Shown piece after piece: positions 53,626-64,000 of a stretch of 64,000 nt of DNA (positions are counted from its first letter, which is position 1; the number at the start of each line of letters is the position of its first letter). Under the pieces are notes generated by a model. That model had not been told where the DNA came from. It was given only the letters and a program-made list of their open reading frames with translations, and did no database searches. Both the position numbers and the translations under genes were made by a program. The DNA lies in assembly GCA_963829055.1 (NCBI GenBank), contig CAWHHI010000016.1:64001-128000 (forward strand). Reading direction: 5' to 3'. The stretch is from an uncultured Gemmatimonadaceae bacterium. GTDB lineage: Bacteria; Gemmatimonadota; Gemmatimonadetes; Gemmatimonadales; Gemmatimonadaceae.

Positions 53626-53778
53626 ATGATCTGGACACTTGCGGTAATCCTGTTCGTGCTGTGGTTGCTCGGTGGATTCGTATTCCACGTTGGCGGTGGG
53701 CTCATTCATATCCTGCTCGTCCTCGCGGTGATCGTGATCCTGTATCGCGTCATCACGGGTCGACGACCCATCGCCTAA
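53626..53778 (+). CDS. lmo0937-family small membrane protein (50 aa), absent from the ORF track
   Basis: MIWTLAVILFVLWLLGGFVFHVGGGLIHILLVLAVIVILYRVITGRRPIA*; GAGGG RBS. Confidence 0.88.
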   Translation: MIWTLAVILFVLWLLGGFVFHVGGGLIHILLVLAVIVILYRVITGRRPIA

Positions 53779-53949
53779 CGAAGAAGCTTCGCGGGTGTGG
53801 CCCGGCGCGAACGCGCGCGGGCCACGCCTGTCATCTTCCTCCCCGGCCTGACGCGGCCGGAACGCTGCAGCGCGGCGTGCCGGCGCTTGCCGGTCGCGAT
53901 CGCGCGTGCCCCTTGCCGGGCCCGTCATCCCGTCACAGACTCCTCGCGC

Positions 53950-56658
53950 ATGACGAGAGAGGAGCGCGTCGACGACGCTGACGGCACTGCTGACGGCACC
54001 GAGGTGGTTCACGTCCTCGCGCACACGCACTGGGACCGTGAGTGGTATCTCCCGGCTGGCCGCTTCCGCCAGCGACTCGTAGCACTCGTCGACGAACTGC
54101 TCGACGACGCGACGCCGTCGGCCCCGTTCCTCCTCGACGGCCAGGCGGTCATCCTCGACGACTACGCGGAGCTGCGTCCGGATCGGGTGCCGCGCCTGGC
54201 GGCGGCGCTCCAGAGCGGCGCACTCGAGGCCGGACCGTGGTACGTGCTCGCCGACGAGCTGATTCCGAGCGGCGAGGCGCTGGTCAGAAACCTTCACGCG
54301 GGTCGGCGCACGCTCCATCGCTTCGGAGCCGAGCCGCCGCGCGTGCTCTACTCGCCGGACGCGTTCGGGCACGCCGCGGCGCTGCCGTGCATTGCGGTTG
54401 GATTCGGGATGGACGTTGTCGTCGCCTGGCGCGGATTCGGTGGCCGACGTTGGCCGTCGACCGACACCGTGCGGTGGCAGTCCGCCGACGGATCTGCCGT
54501 CACGCTGTTCCACCTCCCCCCAGACGGCTACGAGTTCGGCTCCAGCCTTCCGACGGAGTCGGCGGCCGCGGCTGCCCGTTGGCGAACGATGCACGATGTT
54601 CTCGCGCGTCGATCGAGAACCGGCGTGCTGCTCGTACAGAACGGCGCGGATCATCACGCGCGGCAGTCTGCACAGGACGATGCTGTGCGCGCGCTCGCCG
54701 TAGCTGCTGCCCCAACACCCGTCGAGCGCGTGTCGCTCGGCAGGTTCGCTGCAGAGTTGCTGCAACGATCGACGCGTGCGTCGTTGCCGACGGTGCGCGG
54801 CGAGTTGCGCGATTCGTACGGCTACACCTGGACGCTCCAGGGGACGTTCGGCACGCGCGCTCGGCAGAAGCGGCGCAATGCGCACGCCGAGCGCCTGCTG
54901 GTGCGTGATGCCGAGCCGTGGGCCGCGCTCGCCGCGCGAGCCGGCGGTGTGTCCCGACGCCATCTGACGGACGCCGCCTGGCGCACGGTGTTGCTCTCGC
55001 ACCCACACGACACGCTGTGCGGCTGCTCCATCGACGACGTCGCGCGCGCCATGGACGCGCGGCTCGATGACGCGATCGCGCAGGGCAACGGCATTCGGGA
55101 CGATGCCGTGCTCGACGTGATCGGCCACGACGCGGTCGGCGCGCGCACGCAGAAACCAAAATGGCGGTCGCTCATGCTCGTGCGGAATCGGGCACCGCGA
55201 GCGCGCGGAGGCATCGCCGACCTGGAGATCGAGACGTTCCTCGCGGACGTGTCGGTCGGCCCTGGCTCCGCACCACCGGAGCGCGTTAGGCACGTGGTGT
55301 CGCCGCGGCTCCTGTACGGCGACGCTCCCGTGCAGTTGCTCGCGACGCGGCGGACGAACCGGCGCATCGAGTCGCCGCAGCACTATCCCGACAACGATCT
55401 CGTCGAGGTACGCCGGGTCGTCGCCTGGATACCGGCGGTGCCCGGCTACTCGGTTACGCCGCTCCACCTCGATGAAGGGAAGAGCACACTGCCGCTCGCT
55501 GACCCGTCGGTGGTCGCGACGTCCGAGTCGCTCGACAATGGAATCCTTCGCGTTCAGCTCGAGACCGACGGCACGATCTCTCTGTCGTCCGCCGACGGCA
55601 CGTGGTCGATCAAGCGAGCCGTCGCCATCGAGGACGTTGGAGATCGCGGAGACCTGTACACCCATTCGCCGTTCGGATCGGTGAGGATCGAGGACCGCTT
55701 TCTCCGCGCGCGCCTGATCCACACGGGGCCGCTCCGCGCCGAGATCGAGACGCGGTGGCGCATCGTCGTGCCGTCCGCTGTCGACCGTCGCCTCGCCGGC
55801 GCTCGGCGCGAAGGCACGAGTGCGGGCTTCATCGACATGCGCATCCGGCTTCGGCTCGATGCCGGCGCACCGTATCTGTCGCTATTCGTCGACGGCATCA
55901 ATGGCGCCGCTGGACACCGACTGCGGCTTCGCATGCGCACGGGGGTCGCGAACCCGCGCGTGTGGGCTGACGCGGCGTTTGGTCCCGTCGAGCGCGTCCC
56001 GGTTGTGGTGAGTGAGCGCGAGCGCGCGATCGAGGCCCCGCCGCCGACTGCGCCGCTGCATCGCTACGTGTCCGTCTTCGATGCGGCGCGGGGTGTCACC
56101 GTGTACAGCGATGGCCTGGCCGAGTACGAGGCGGACGCGGAGGGGGACGTCGCGGTGACGCTCGTGAGGGCAGTGGGCGATCTATCGCGAAACGATCTTC
56201 CGGAGCGACCCGGCCACGCGGGCTGGCCGGTGCCGACCCCGGAGGCGCAGATGTTCGGCCCCTTCGCCGCCGAGCTCGCGGTCTTCCCCCATGGCCCGCG
56301 CGACGCGGACACGATCGATCTGATCGAGCGCACCGCGGACGACGTCCTGCTGCCGCTCGTCGGCACCACGTTGCGGTCGGCGCTCGCGGACTATCCCGCG
56401 ACCGCGGGCCTGGAGCTCGAGGGCCGCGGCCTCGCGTTCTCGACCGCGACGGAAAGCCAGGACGGCGAGTGGCTCGTGCTCCGGTGTGTGAACCTGACGG
56501 ACGAGCCGACCGCGGGCCTCTGGCGTCTCCCGTTCACGCCGCGTGAGGCAAGCCTCGCGCGACTCGATGAGACCCCGTTAGGCGCCGCGCCGGTGAACGA
56601 GTCGTCCGTCGCGTTTACCGCGGGCCCGCATGCGGTGGTGACGCTGCTGGTGCGCTGA
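53950..56658 (+). CDS. Glycoside hydrolase family 38 (alpha-mannosidase-like)
   Basis: HTHWDREWY, LDGQ, GPWYVLADE, PDAFGH, NGADH, HPHDTLCGCSID. Confidence 0.9.
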   Translation: MTREERVDDADGTADGTEVVHVLAHTHWDREWYLPAGRFRQRLVALVDELLDDATPSAPFLLDGQAVILDDYAELRPDRVPRLAAALQSGALEAGPWYVLADELIPSGEALVRNLHAGRRTLHRFGAEPPRVLYSPDAFGHAAALPCIAVGFGMDVVVAWRGFGGRRWPSTDTVRWQSADGSAVTLFHLPPDGYEFGSSLPTESAAAAARWRTMHDVLARRSRTGVLLVQNGADHHARQSAQDDAVRALAVAAAPTPVERVSLGRFAAELLQRSTRASLPTVRGELRDSYGYTWTLQGTFGTRARQKRRNAHAERLLVRDAEPWAALAARAGGVSRRHLTDAAWRTVLLSHPHDTLCGCSIDDVARAMDARLDDAIAQGNGIRDDAVLDVIGHDAVGARTQKPKWRSLMLVRNRAPRARGGIADLEIETFLADVSVGPGSAPPERVRHVVSPRLLYGDAPVQLLATRRTNRRIESPQHYPDNDLVEVRRVVAWIPAVPGYSVTPLHLDEGKSTLPLADPSVVATSESLDNGILRVQLETDGTISLSSADGTWSIKRAVAIEDVGDRGDLYTHSPFGSVRIEDRFLRARLIHTGPLRAEIETRWRIVVPSAVDRRLAGARREGTSAGFIDMRIRLRLDAGAPYLSLFVDGINGAAGHRLRLRMRTGVANPRVWADAAFGPVERVPVVVSERERAIEAPPPTAPLHRYVSVFDAARGVTVYSDGLAEYEADAEGDVAVTLVRAVGDLSRNDLPERPGHAGWPVPTPEAQMFGPFAAELAVFPHGPRDADTIDLIERTADDVLLPLVGTTLRSALADYPATAGLELEGRGLAFSTATESQDGEWLVLRCVNLTDEPTAGLWRLPFTPREASLARLDETPLGAAPVNESSVAFTAGPHAVVTLLVR

Positions 56659-56675
56659 CCGGCGAGCGGACGGCG

Positions 56676-56757
56676 TTGTCGATCCCGAGCGACAGGGTTG
56701 TCATCCCGAGCGACAGGGTTGTCATCCCGAGCGTCAGCGAGCGTCAGCGAGGGATCT
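56676..56757 (+). repeat. Family A left-end tandem (21-bp unit TTGTCATCCCGAGCGACAGGG)
   Basis: About 2.6 tandem units followed by agcgagggatc. Confidence 0.8.
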
Positions 56758-56819
56758 TCTCGACGGTCATCGTGGCCGTTGTGCTGGCCTCGATTCCATT
56801 GACGCTGGCTGCACTACGC

Positions 56820-56922
56820 AACGCAGATGGCTCAGAGCGCGCAGATCACGCAGAAACGGCAATTGCAATGTGTTCATATTTCTTTTCTGCGTCGTTCTGC
56901 GCGTTCAGAGCGCTCTGCGTTC
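56820..56922. repeat. AACGCAG...CTGCGTT inverted short-repeat element
   Basis: aacgcagatggctcagagcgcgcagatcacgcagaa versus ttctgcgtcgttctgcgcgttcagagcgctctgcgtt. Confidence 0.65.
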
Positions 56923-57038
56923 CGCCGTCCCGAGTCGCGCACACTCGGCGCATCGCCGGCAACGATGACATCACCGAAGGTCGGCCCCTCCGTCGTTGCA
57001 CCGCCTCGGGGCAGGCTCTGCCGCTCCTCGGCTGACAT

Positions 57039-57092
57039 GGAGTCAATCCGGCCGATCCGGCGCATCCGTTCGCTCCATTCGTCTGAGATGGT
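57039..57092. repeat. Family B right arm
   Basis: ggagtcaatccg...gcatccgttcgctccattcgtctgagatgg. Confidence 0.7.
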
Positions 57093-57177
57093 TGTCGAAG
57101 CAGGCCTCGGCGTCCTCTGCCGTAAACAGCAGGTGCCGTCGCCGTCGTTAGGTCCATCCGAATGGTGACTGGTCCGA

Positions 57178-58024
57178 CTAGGTTCGCTCCGCGAGGTCCC
57201 GTGGCTTCTCGCCCGCCAGTCGATCTCGCAACGAGTCTCCGAGCAGCGTGCACGCCAGCACCGTGATGATCAGCGCGATCCCCGGCGCGATCGCGACCCA
57301 CGGTGCTGTGACGATCAGGTCGCGACCTCCAGCGATCATGTTCCCCCAACTCGGCGCCGGCGGCTGGATGCCCAGTCCGAGGAACGACAGGCCGCTCTCG
57401 AGGAGGATGGCGTTGCCGACGCCGAGCGTCGTCGCCACGATCGCCGGCCCGAGTGCGTTTGGCACCACATGGCGCCACAGCACTCGGCGCGACGACGCGC
57501 CTAACGCCTGGGCCGCCGACACGTACGGCTGCGCCCGCACGCCGAGCACTTCGCCGCGCACCAGCCGCGCGACGCCCATCCAGCCCGTCGCGCCGAGCAC
57601 GACCAGCACCGTCGCGGCACCCGGCTGCCACAGCGCCGCGCAGAGGAGAAGGAGGATCAATCTCGGTATCGAGAGCAGCGCGTCGGAGATCGCCATGGCG
57701 ACGCGGTCCACCACGCCGCCGCTCCACGCCGCCACGGCGCCGATCGCGGTGCCCACAATGCCCGCGAGCAGCGAGCCCGCAATGCCGACCGCCAGCGAGA
57801 TTCTGCCCGCGACCATCATCCGCACGAACAGGTCTCGGCCGAACCGATCGGTGCCCAGGATGTGGAAGCGGCCGAGCGCGTCGGAGTATCCGGGCGGAAT
57901 CGAGCCGCGTCGCCAGCACGTCGCCGATCGCGAGCGGGTCCGTGACCGCGAGCCACGGCACGAAGACGACCGCCGCGATGAGCGCGACGAGCACGACGGC
58001 TGAGAATCGCGCGAGCCGACTCAC
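57178..58024 (-). CDS. Opp/Dpp-type ABC permease (OppC-like; frameshift ~57895)
   Basis: HILGTDRFGRDL, EAA-loop AAQALGAS, ESGLSFLGLG, PSWGNMI. Confidence 0.88.
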
Positions 58025-58045
58025 GTCTCGCCTACCGCACGCGGG

Positions 58046-59026
58046 CTACGCGTCACGTCGGGGATCGATCAGCGGCAACACGAGATCGGCCGCGAGGTTC
58101 GCAAGAATCACCAGGCCCGCGTAGAGCACCGTCGCTCCCATCACGACCGGATAGTCGCGCGACGAGATCGCCATGACCATGACGCGTCCCATGCCGGGCC
58201 ATGCGAAGACGCTCTCGACGAATACCGACCCGGCAACCACGCCCGGCAACGAGAGCGCGAGCAGTACGACGAGCGGCGGCAGCGCGTTCGCGAGCACGTG
58301 GCGGCCGTACACCGCCCGTGGTGTGAGTCCTTTCGCGCGTGCCGTGCGCACCCAGTCCGCGCCGGCGAGATCTGCCACGGTGCTCCGTGCATAACGCGCG
58401 ATGCCCGCGGCACCGACGGCCGCGAGCACCGTGACCGGCAGCACCGCGTGACGGACGATGTCCGCGATCGCGGCCCATCCGGTCTCGGTTCCGCCGGGAT
58501 CACGTATCCCGAACGCCGGTAGCCGAAGCGCGGCAGGGAAGCCCCACACCGTGGCGCCGTAGGTGAAGACTGCGATGAGCGAGAGCGCCAACCAGAAGCT
58601 TGGTGCCGCGTAGATCGCCGTCGTCAGGAACGTCAGCGCCGGGTCGACTGCGGTGCCACGCCGCGCCGCCTGGAGAGTCCCGATGGCGACGCCGACGACG
58701 AACGTCAGCACCAGCGACGCCAGACCGAGGCCGAGCGATACCGGCAGGGCCTCGCGCAGCACGGAAGCGACAGGACGTCGCTGCGCGAAACTCTCTCCGA
58801 GGTCGCCGCGAAGCAGCGCGCCCATCCACTTTGCATATTGCACCGCGATCGGCGCATCGAGCGCCAACTCGTTCCGCAGTCGAGCAGCGTCTTCGGGCGT
58901 CGCTGTCGGCGGGACGAGAATCGCCGCAGCATCGCCCGGAGCCAGCCTGACGAGAACGAACGTGAGCGTGACGACGAGCCAGACCAGCACGAGTGCCGCC
59001 GCGAGCCGATGCATGAGAGTTCGCAC
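58046..59026 (-). CDS. Opp/Dpp-type ABC permease (OppB-like)
   Basis: LAPGD, GDLGES, TARAKGL, VESVFAWPGMG, RDYPVVMG, DPR. Confidence 0.92.
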   Translation of the reverse strand: MRTLMHRLAAALVLVWLVVTLTFVLVRLAPGDAAAILVPPTATPEDAARLRNELALDAPIAVQYAKWMGALLRGDLGESFAQRRPVASVLREALPVSLGLGLASLVLTFVVGVAIGTLQAARRGTAVDPALTFLTTAIYAAPSFWLALSLIAVFTYGATVWGFPAALRLPAFGIRDPGGTETGWAAIADIVRHAVLPVTVLAAVGAAGIARYARSTVADLAGADWVRTARAKGLTPRAVYGRHVLANALPPLVVLLALSLPGVVAGSVFVESVFAWPGMGRVMVMAISSRDYPVVMGATVLYAGLVILANLAADLVLPLIDPRRDA

Positions 59027-59032
59027 CCGGGG

Positions 59033-60634
59033 ATGATGCGCCCCGACCGACGCGCGTCAACGTGCGCCGCCCTCTTCGTGTTCTTCGCGTTCCTCGGCGC
59101 CATCACGGCGTGCGACGCTCCTGCGCGATCGAGCGATACCGTGGTGTACGCCACAGGCGTCGACCTCGAGTCAGCGAATCCGCTGGTGACCATGCATCCG
59201 CTGTCGCGACAGATGCAGCGGTTCGCGCTGCTCGTCACGCTCGCCCGCTACGACTCCGCGCTCGTGCCGCAGCCGTATCTCGCGACGCGCTGGGAGTGGA
59301 ACGCCTCGGGCGACGAGCTGACCCTGCACCTCTACTCCGGCCTCACCTGGCACGACGGCGCTCCGACAACCGCGCGCGATGTCGCGTTCACGCTGGACGC
59401 CGCGCGCGATCGATCCACCGGCTTCGCGCGCTACGGCGAGCTCGCATCCATCACGCGTACGCAAGCTGTCGACGACTCTACCGTTCGCATCCACTTCTCG
59501 TCGCCACCGCCGGGCTTCCCGCCAATCTTCGCCGAGTTGCCGATCGTCCCCGCGCACCTGCTCGCGAACGTTCCACGGTCCGAGATGCGGCGTGCGCCAT
59601 ACAACCTGAACCCGGTGGGCAACGGCCCATTTCGATTTCTGTCGCGGGAAGCCGGCCGCCGCTGGGTCCTCGAGCGCGTCCCGAACTTTCCGGCAGCGCT
59701 CGGCGGCCCGCCGACGATTCCGCGACTGGTGATCGCAGTCGTGGATGAGCCGACGACGAAGTTCGCGGGCCTTGTCAGTGGCGAGCTCGCCGTTGCGGGC
59801 ATCGCGCCGACGATGGCGTCGCTCGTGGCGCGCGATCCCTCGCTGCGCGTGATCTCGTATCCGGTGCTGCTCGCGAACGCCGTCGTGTTCAACCCGTCGC
59901 GCCCGCCGTTCGACGACGTCCGCGTCCGCCGCGCGATCTCGGCCGCCATCGATCGGCGCCGCATCATCGACGCGGCGCTCGCCGGGTACGCGACACCCGC
60001 GTACGGACCGGCGTCGCCGGACAATCCGCTCGCGCTCACCGTGCCCGCGCCGAACGTTGCGACCGCGGACTCGTTGTTCGATGCCGCCGGTTGGGTACGC
60101 GCCTCGGACGGGCGTCGCATGCGGGCAGGGAAGCCGCTCGCGTTCACGCTGCTTACCGTTGGCAGTGGCGACAACGCGGTCGAGCAGTTGCTGCAAGCGG
60201 ACATGCGCGCGCATGGCGTTACGGTCGAGATCCGTCAGCTCGAGTTCGGAGCGTTTCTCGCCGAAGCGCGCGCGAACCCCAAACGCTTCGACGCGCTGTT
60301 CACGGGAATCCCGGGCGACCTGTCACTCTCGTATCTTGCGGCGATGTTCGACTCGAGGCTCTCCGGCGGTCCGCTCGACTACGCCGGGTTTCACACGCCG
60401 GCGCTCGACAGCGCGTTTGCTCGCGTGTCCGCGGCAAGAAGCCACGCCGATCTGGTGGAAGGCTGGCGCGCTGTCCAGCGTGTGCTCGACGACGCGACGC
60501 CGGTCGCCTGGGTGTATCACTCCCGCGGCGTTCAGGGCGTGACCGCTCGACTCGGTGGCGTGCGCATGGATCTCCGGGGCGAGATGCCGACACTCGCGCG
60601 GTGGACTCTCTCGGACGCGGGCGCCAAACCGTGA
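59033..60634 (+). CDS. Family 5 extracellular solute-binding lipoprotein
   Basis: Lipobox ITAC; WHDGAPTTARDVAFT, PVGNGPF, PFDDVRVRRAI. Confidence 0.9.
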   Translation: MMRPDRRASTCAALFVFFAFLGAITACDAPARSSDTVVYATGVDLESANPLVTMHPLSRQMQRFALLVTLARYDSALVPQPYLATRWEWNASGDELTLHLYSGLTWHDGAPTTARDVAFTLDAARDRSTGFARYGELASITRTQAVDDSTVRIHFSSPPPGFPPIFAELPIVPAHLLANVPRSEMRRAPYNLNPVGNGPFRFLSREAGRRWVLERVPNFPAALGGPPTIPRLVIAVVDEPTTKFAGLVSGELAVAGIAPTMASLVARDPSLRVISYPVLLANAVVFNPSRPPFDDVRVRRAISAAIDRRRIIDAALAGYATPAYGPASPDNPLALTVPAPNVATADSLFDAAGWVRASDGRRMRAGKPLAFTLLTVGSGDNAVEQLLQADMRAHGVTVEIRQLEFGAFLAEARANPKRFDALFTGIPGDLSLSYLAAMFDSRLSGGPLDYAGFHTPALDSAFARVSAARSHADLVEGWRAVQRVLDDATPVAWVYHSRGVQGVTARLGGVRMDLRGEMPTLARWTLSDAGAKP

Positions 60635-63407
60635 CGGTACTGCTTCACACGGCTGGGGTTGATGCGCGTCGCGGGGCGATTCATGGATCGTTGGCCGAGC
60701 TTGCGGACTCACTCGCGAACGACCTCGACCCGGTACTCTCGCGACCGCTGTTCATCCCTTCAGAGAAGGCGCGCATGACGCGCCGCGGCGGCCGCTGCGA
60801 GGCGGACGGCACGCTGCTCGAGTTCGACCCCTTCTCGCCACGCGTGCACCGCTGCCCGAAATGCGGATCGACGTTCGACGACGATACGCACTATCGCTGG
60901 TGGGTCATGGGGTATCAGCTCTGGCTGGCGGAGCGCGCGGTGCACGCGTCGACGCTGTATGCGCTCCGTGGAGACGCACGACATCTCCGATTTTGCGCGC
61001 GCGTGTGCTCGATGGCTACGCCGAGCGCTATCTCCAGTACCCGAACAAGGACAACGTCCTCGGGCCGACGCGGCTCTTCTTCAGCACATACCTCGAATCG
61101 ATCTGGCTGCTGCAGATCATCGTCGCGCTGGACCTGCTGGAGCTCTCGGCGCCCACATCATCGCTCGCCACGTTAGGTGGTCGGGTGCGTGACCGCATCA
61201 TCGATCCGAGCTCCGCGCTCATCGCGAGCTATGACGAGGGACTGTCCAACCGGCAGGTGTGGAACAACGCCGCGCTGCTCGGCGCGAGACGCCTGCTCGG
61301 CAGGGGTATCGACCAGGCTGCGCTGCACGGCGCATTGGGGCTGACGGCGCACCTCACGCACGGCTTGTTAGGCGACGGGACGTGGTACGAGGGCGAGAAC
61401 TACCATTTGTTCGCGCACCGCGGGCTCTGGTATGGCGTGATGATCACGGAAACGGCGGGCGTCGAGCTGGATCCAGCGCTCGTGATGCGGTTCGAGGAGG
61501 CGTTCGCCACGCCGTTCGTCAGCGCGCTGCCGGACTTCACATTTCCGTCGCGCCGGGACTCACAGTACCGCGTGTCGCTGCGTCAGTGGCGCTTCGCCGA
61601 GCTGGCCGAGCTGGGACTCGTCAGGCGGCCAACGGACACGCGCCTCACTGCTGCGCTGGCGACGTTGTACGACAATGCTACGCCGCGCCACGACACCGGC
61701 CGCGCACGCTCGACTGCGGAAGCGGAACGGAACACTCCCAGCACCGCGCTGACCCGTGCGGACCTCGGCTGGCGATCGCTGCTGTTCGCGTTGCCGACGT
61801 TACCGCCTGTCGCGCACGCGTCCCAGCCTTCTGCGCTGCTCGCCGACCAGGGTCTCGCCATCCTGCGGCGTGACGGCGGCAACGTGTACGCGGCGCTGGA
61901 CTATGGGCACTCGGGGGCTGGGCACGGGCATCCCGATCGATTGAACGTGATCCTCGTCCGCGGCAACGATCGTTGGCTCGATGACGTCGGCACCGGCTCG
62001 TACGTCGATCCGTCGCTCCACTGGTATCGGAGCACGCTCGCGCATAACGCGCCGCTCGTGGACGGACGCTCGCAGCGTCGAGTGCACGGCTCGCTCGACG
62101 CGTACGAGGATCGAGGTGCGGCAGGGTGGGTACGCGCGTTCGTGGATGGTGTCGCGCCAGGCGTTAGGCTGGAGCGGACGCTGGTCGCTATGCCCAACTA
62201 CGTCATCGACGAGCTGACGTGGGTGAGCGACCACGACGCCACGGTCGACCTCCCCATGCACGTGGACGGCGATCTCGTCGGCGTCGGCGAATGGACGCGA
62301 GCAACACCCGACGGCGGCACAGAGGCAGAGGATGGATTCGGGTTTCTCACTGCGGCCGAGACCGCGACGTCCGATGGCGACGTTAGGCTTCACGCCAGGC
62401 TTGGCACCTCGACGGCGGACGCGCGCGTGTTCGTCGACGCGCCGCACGCGTGGTGGCGCGCCGTATCCTTCGGCGCACCGGGCGCTGGCCCCACGCGCTT
62501 TCACTTCGTGCGTGCGCGCGGCCGGCGCGGGTCGATCACGACCGTGTGGGATCTCGAAGCGGTCGTCGCCGATGCAGCGCGGGTCGATGCCAGCGTATCG
62601 GTTTCACTGCACGATGGTGCGCGGCATGAACACCGCGCGGATGCCGACGGCTGGCACATTGCCATGACCGTCGGTCGCGCGACGAGTAGCATCGACCTTG
62701 GTGGCGTGGTGCGAGGACGTGACGGTCGACCCGCCGGTGCCACTACGGCGGACGCGCGGCCCACGCCGATCACGATTCCTTCCCGGCAGCGCGCGCACGG
62801 TCCGGCCGCCCTGTCGCAGCCACTCGTGTTCACTCTCGAGGACGCGCAATACCGGCGTTCGGAGGACTCGTGGATCGAAGCCGGCAAGCCGACCGCAACC
62901 GTCTCGATCGCCGTCGAGCGCAGTGATATCGTGCTGACCATCGATGTCGCCAAGCCAGACGTACATTTCGCGCCGGTCTGCGACTCGAATCCGCTGGACA
63001 ACGAAAATCCTGATACCAACAGCGACGGCGTCCAATTGCACCTCGCCACTCCTGCCGACGACGGCGTTGCGCCCGACCGTGAGACCACCTGGCTCCTCGT
63101 GCCCGAGCTCGCGAGCAACCGTGTGCGCATCTCCGCTCGGCCCGAAGCGAGCGCGCAAATCGTGTCTGCCCAGTGGCAGCCGACAGGCCGCGGATATTCC
63201 GTGCGCTGCGTTCTTCCTACAGGAGCGCTCGGGATTGTAGCCCAAGTGCCGTTCCTGCTCGGCGTGGTGGTGAACGAAACCTCCCCCGATCGCGAGCGCA
63301 GGCGAGGCCAACTCGTGCTCGGCGGCCCGCCCGGTGAGTTCGTCTACCTTCGTGGGGACCGTCTCCCCCGAGATCGCCACCTCGCGTTCGTGATCGGCGA
63401 TGCCTGA
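60631..63407 (+). CDS. Heparinase II/III-like polysaccharide lyase family protein (frameshift ~61000)
   Basis: SNRQVWNN, DGTWYEGENYHLF, GHGHPDRL, YRSTLAHN; N-terminal Cys cluster. Confidence 0.8.
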
Positions 63408-64000
63408 GTCCATACTTTCGCAGGTGCACGTCGTTCTGTTCGAGCCCCAGGACCAGGTCAACATCGCTGCTGTAATCAGGGCGATGAAGAACATGGGCGT
63501 TTCCTCGCTGCGGCTCGTGCGCCCGGTCGAGTACGACGCGTATCGACTGGAGGGCATCGCGCACGACACGGCGGACATCATCGAGCGCATCCAGCACTAC
63601 GACGACCTGGACTCCGCCATCGCCGACTGCGTGTACGTTGCGGCGTACACGGCACGGCGGCGCGCCGCGAAACGCGTCGTCACCGATCCGCGCCAGTCCG
63701 CCCTCGATGTGCTCGCGGCGGTGAATCACGGGCCCGCGGCGCTGCTGTTCGGGCGCGAGGATAAAGGGCTGCCGAACGAGGCATTGGATCGGGCGCGCGT
63801 CGTCGTCAACATCCCGACCACGGCGCACGCGTCGCTGAATCTCGCGCAGGCCGTTCTCGTCGCGCTGTACGAGTTGCACGTCGCCGCGGGTGATGCGACG
63901 CGCAAAATCGCGCCGCCCCGCGACGATGCGCCGCTCGCCACGGCAGAGCAGTACGAGCGCCTGTTCGACAACGCCGCGCAGGCGCTCGAGATCATCGCGT
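63400..64000 (+). CDS. TrmJ/TrmH (SPOUT) RNA methyltransferase, partial
   Basis: VVLFEPQDQVNIAAVIRAMKNMG, LFGREDKGLPNE, SLNLAQAV; runs off the window. Confidence 0.9.
   Translation, partial: MPESILSQVHVVLFEPQDQVNIAAVIRAMKNMGVSSLRLVRPVEYDAYRLEGIAHDTADIIERIQHYDDLDSAIADCVYVAAYTARRRAAKRVVTDPRQSALDVLAAVNHGPAALLFGREDKGLPNEALDRARVVVNIPTTAHASLNLAQAVLVALYELHVAAGDATRKIAPPRDDAPLATAEQYERLFDNAAQALEIIA

Overview
High-GC bacterial chromosomal window. Gene content and style suggest a Gemmatimonadota-like genome (inference). About 20 short indels split otherwise intact genes, most likely uncorrected long-read errors. Contents: secreted peptidases (M28 x2, S9, S58/DmpA, M15, HEXXH Ig-domain lipoprotein); a Phe/Tyr catabolic region (alpha-hydroxy acid oxidase, acetoacetate-CoA ligase, hppD, hmgA, paaABCD-GHIJ-YZ, with an embedded fused 2-oxoacid dehydrogenase E1 but no paaK or paaE); infA, speA, sodA, dedA and ABC systems; and a GH38 / Opp-type transporter / heparinase II-III-like / TrmJ block. 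No rRNA, tRNA or CRISPR array was seen. Most notable non-gene structure: (1) the non-palindromic hexamer CCTAAC/GTTAGG occurs about once per kb on both strands, carried by rare synonymous codons and stop codons; (2) a GxxExxY nuclease gene is bracketed by ~55-bp inverted repeats that also occur nuclease-free 9 kb away; (3) four near-perfect TTGAACAYGTTCAA-type operators lie between a TetR gene and that element; (4) several families of nested palindromic intergenic repeats supply stop codons and one has entered a coding sequence.
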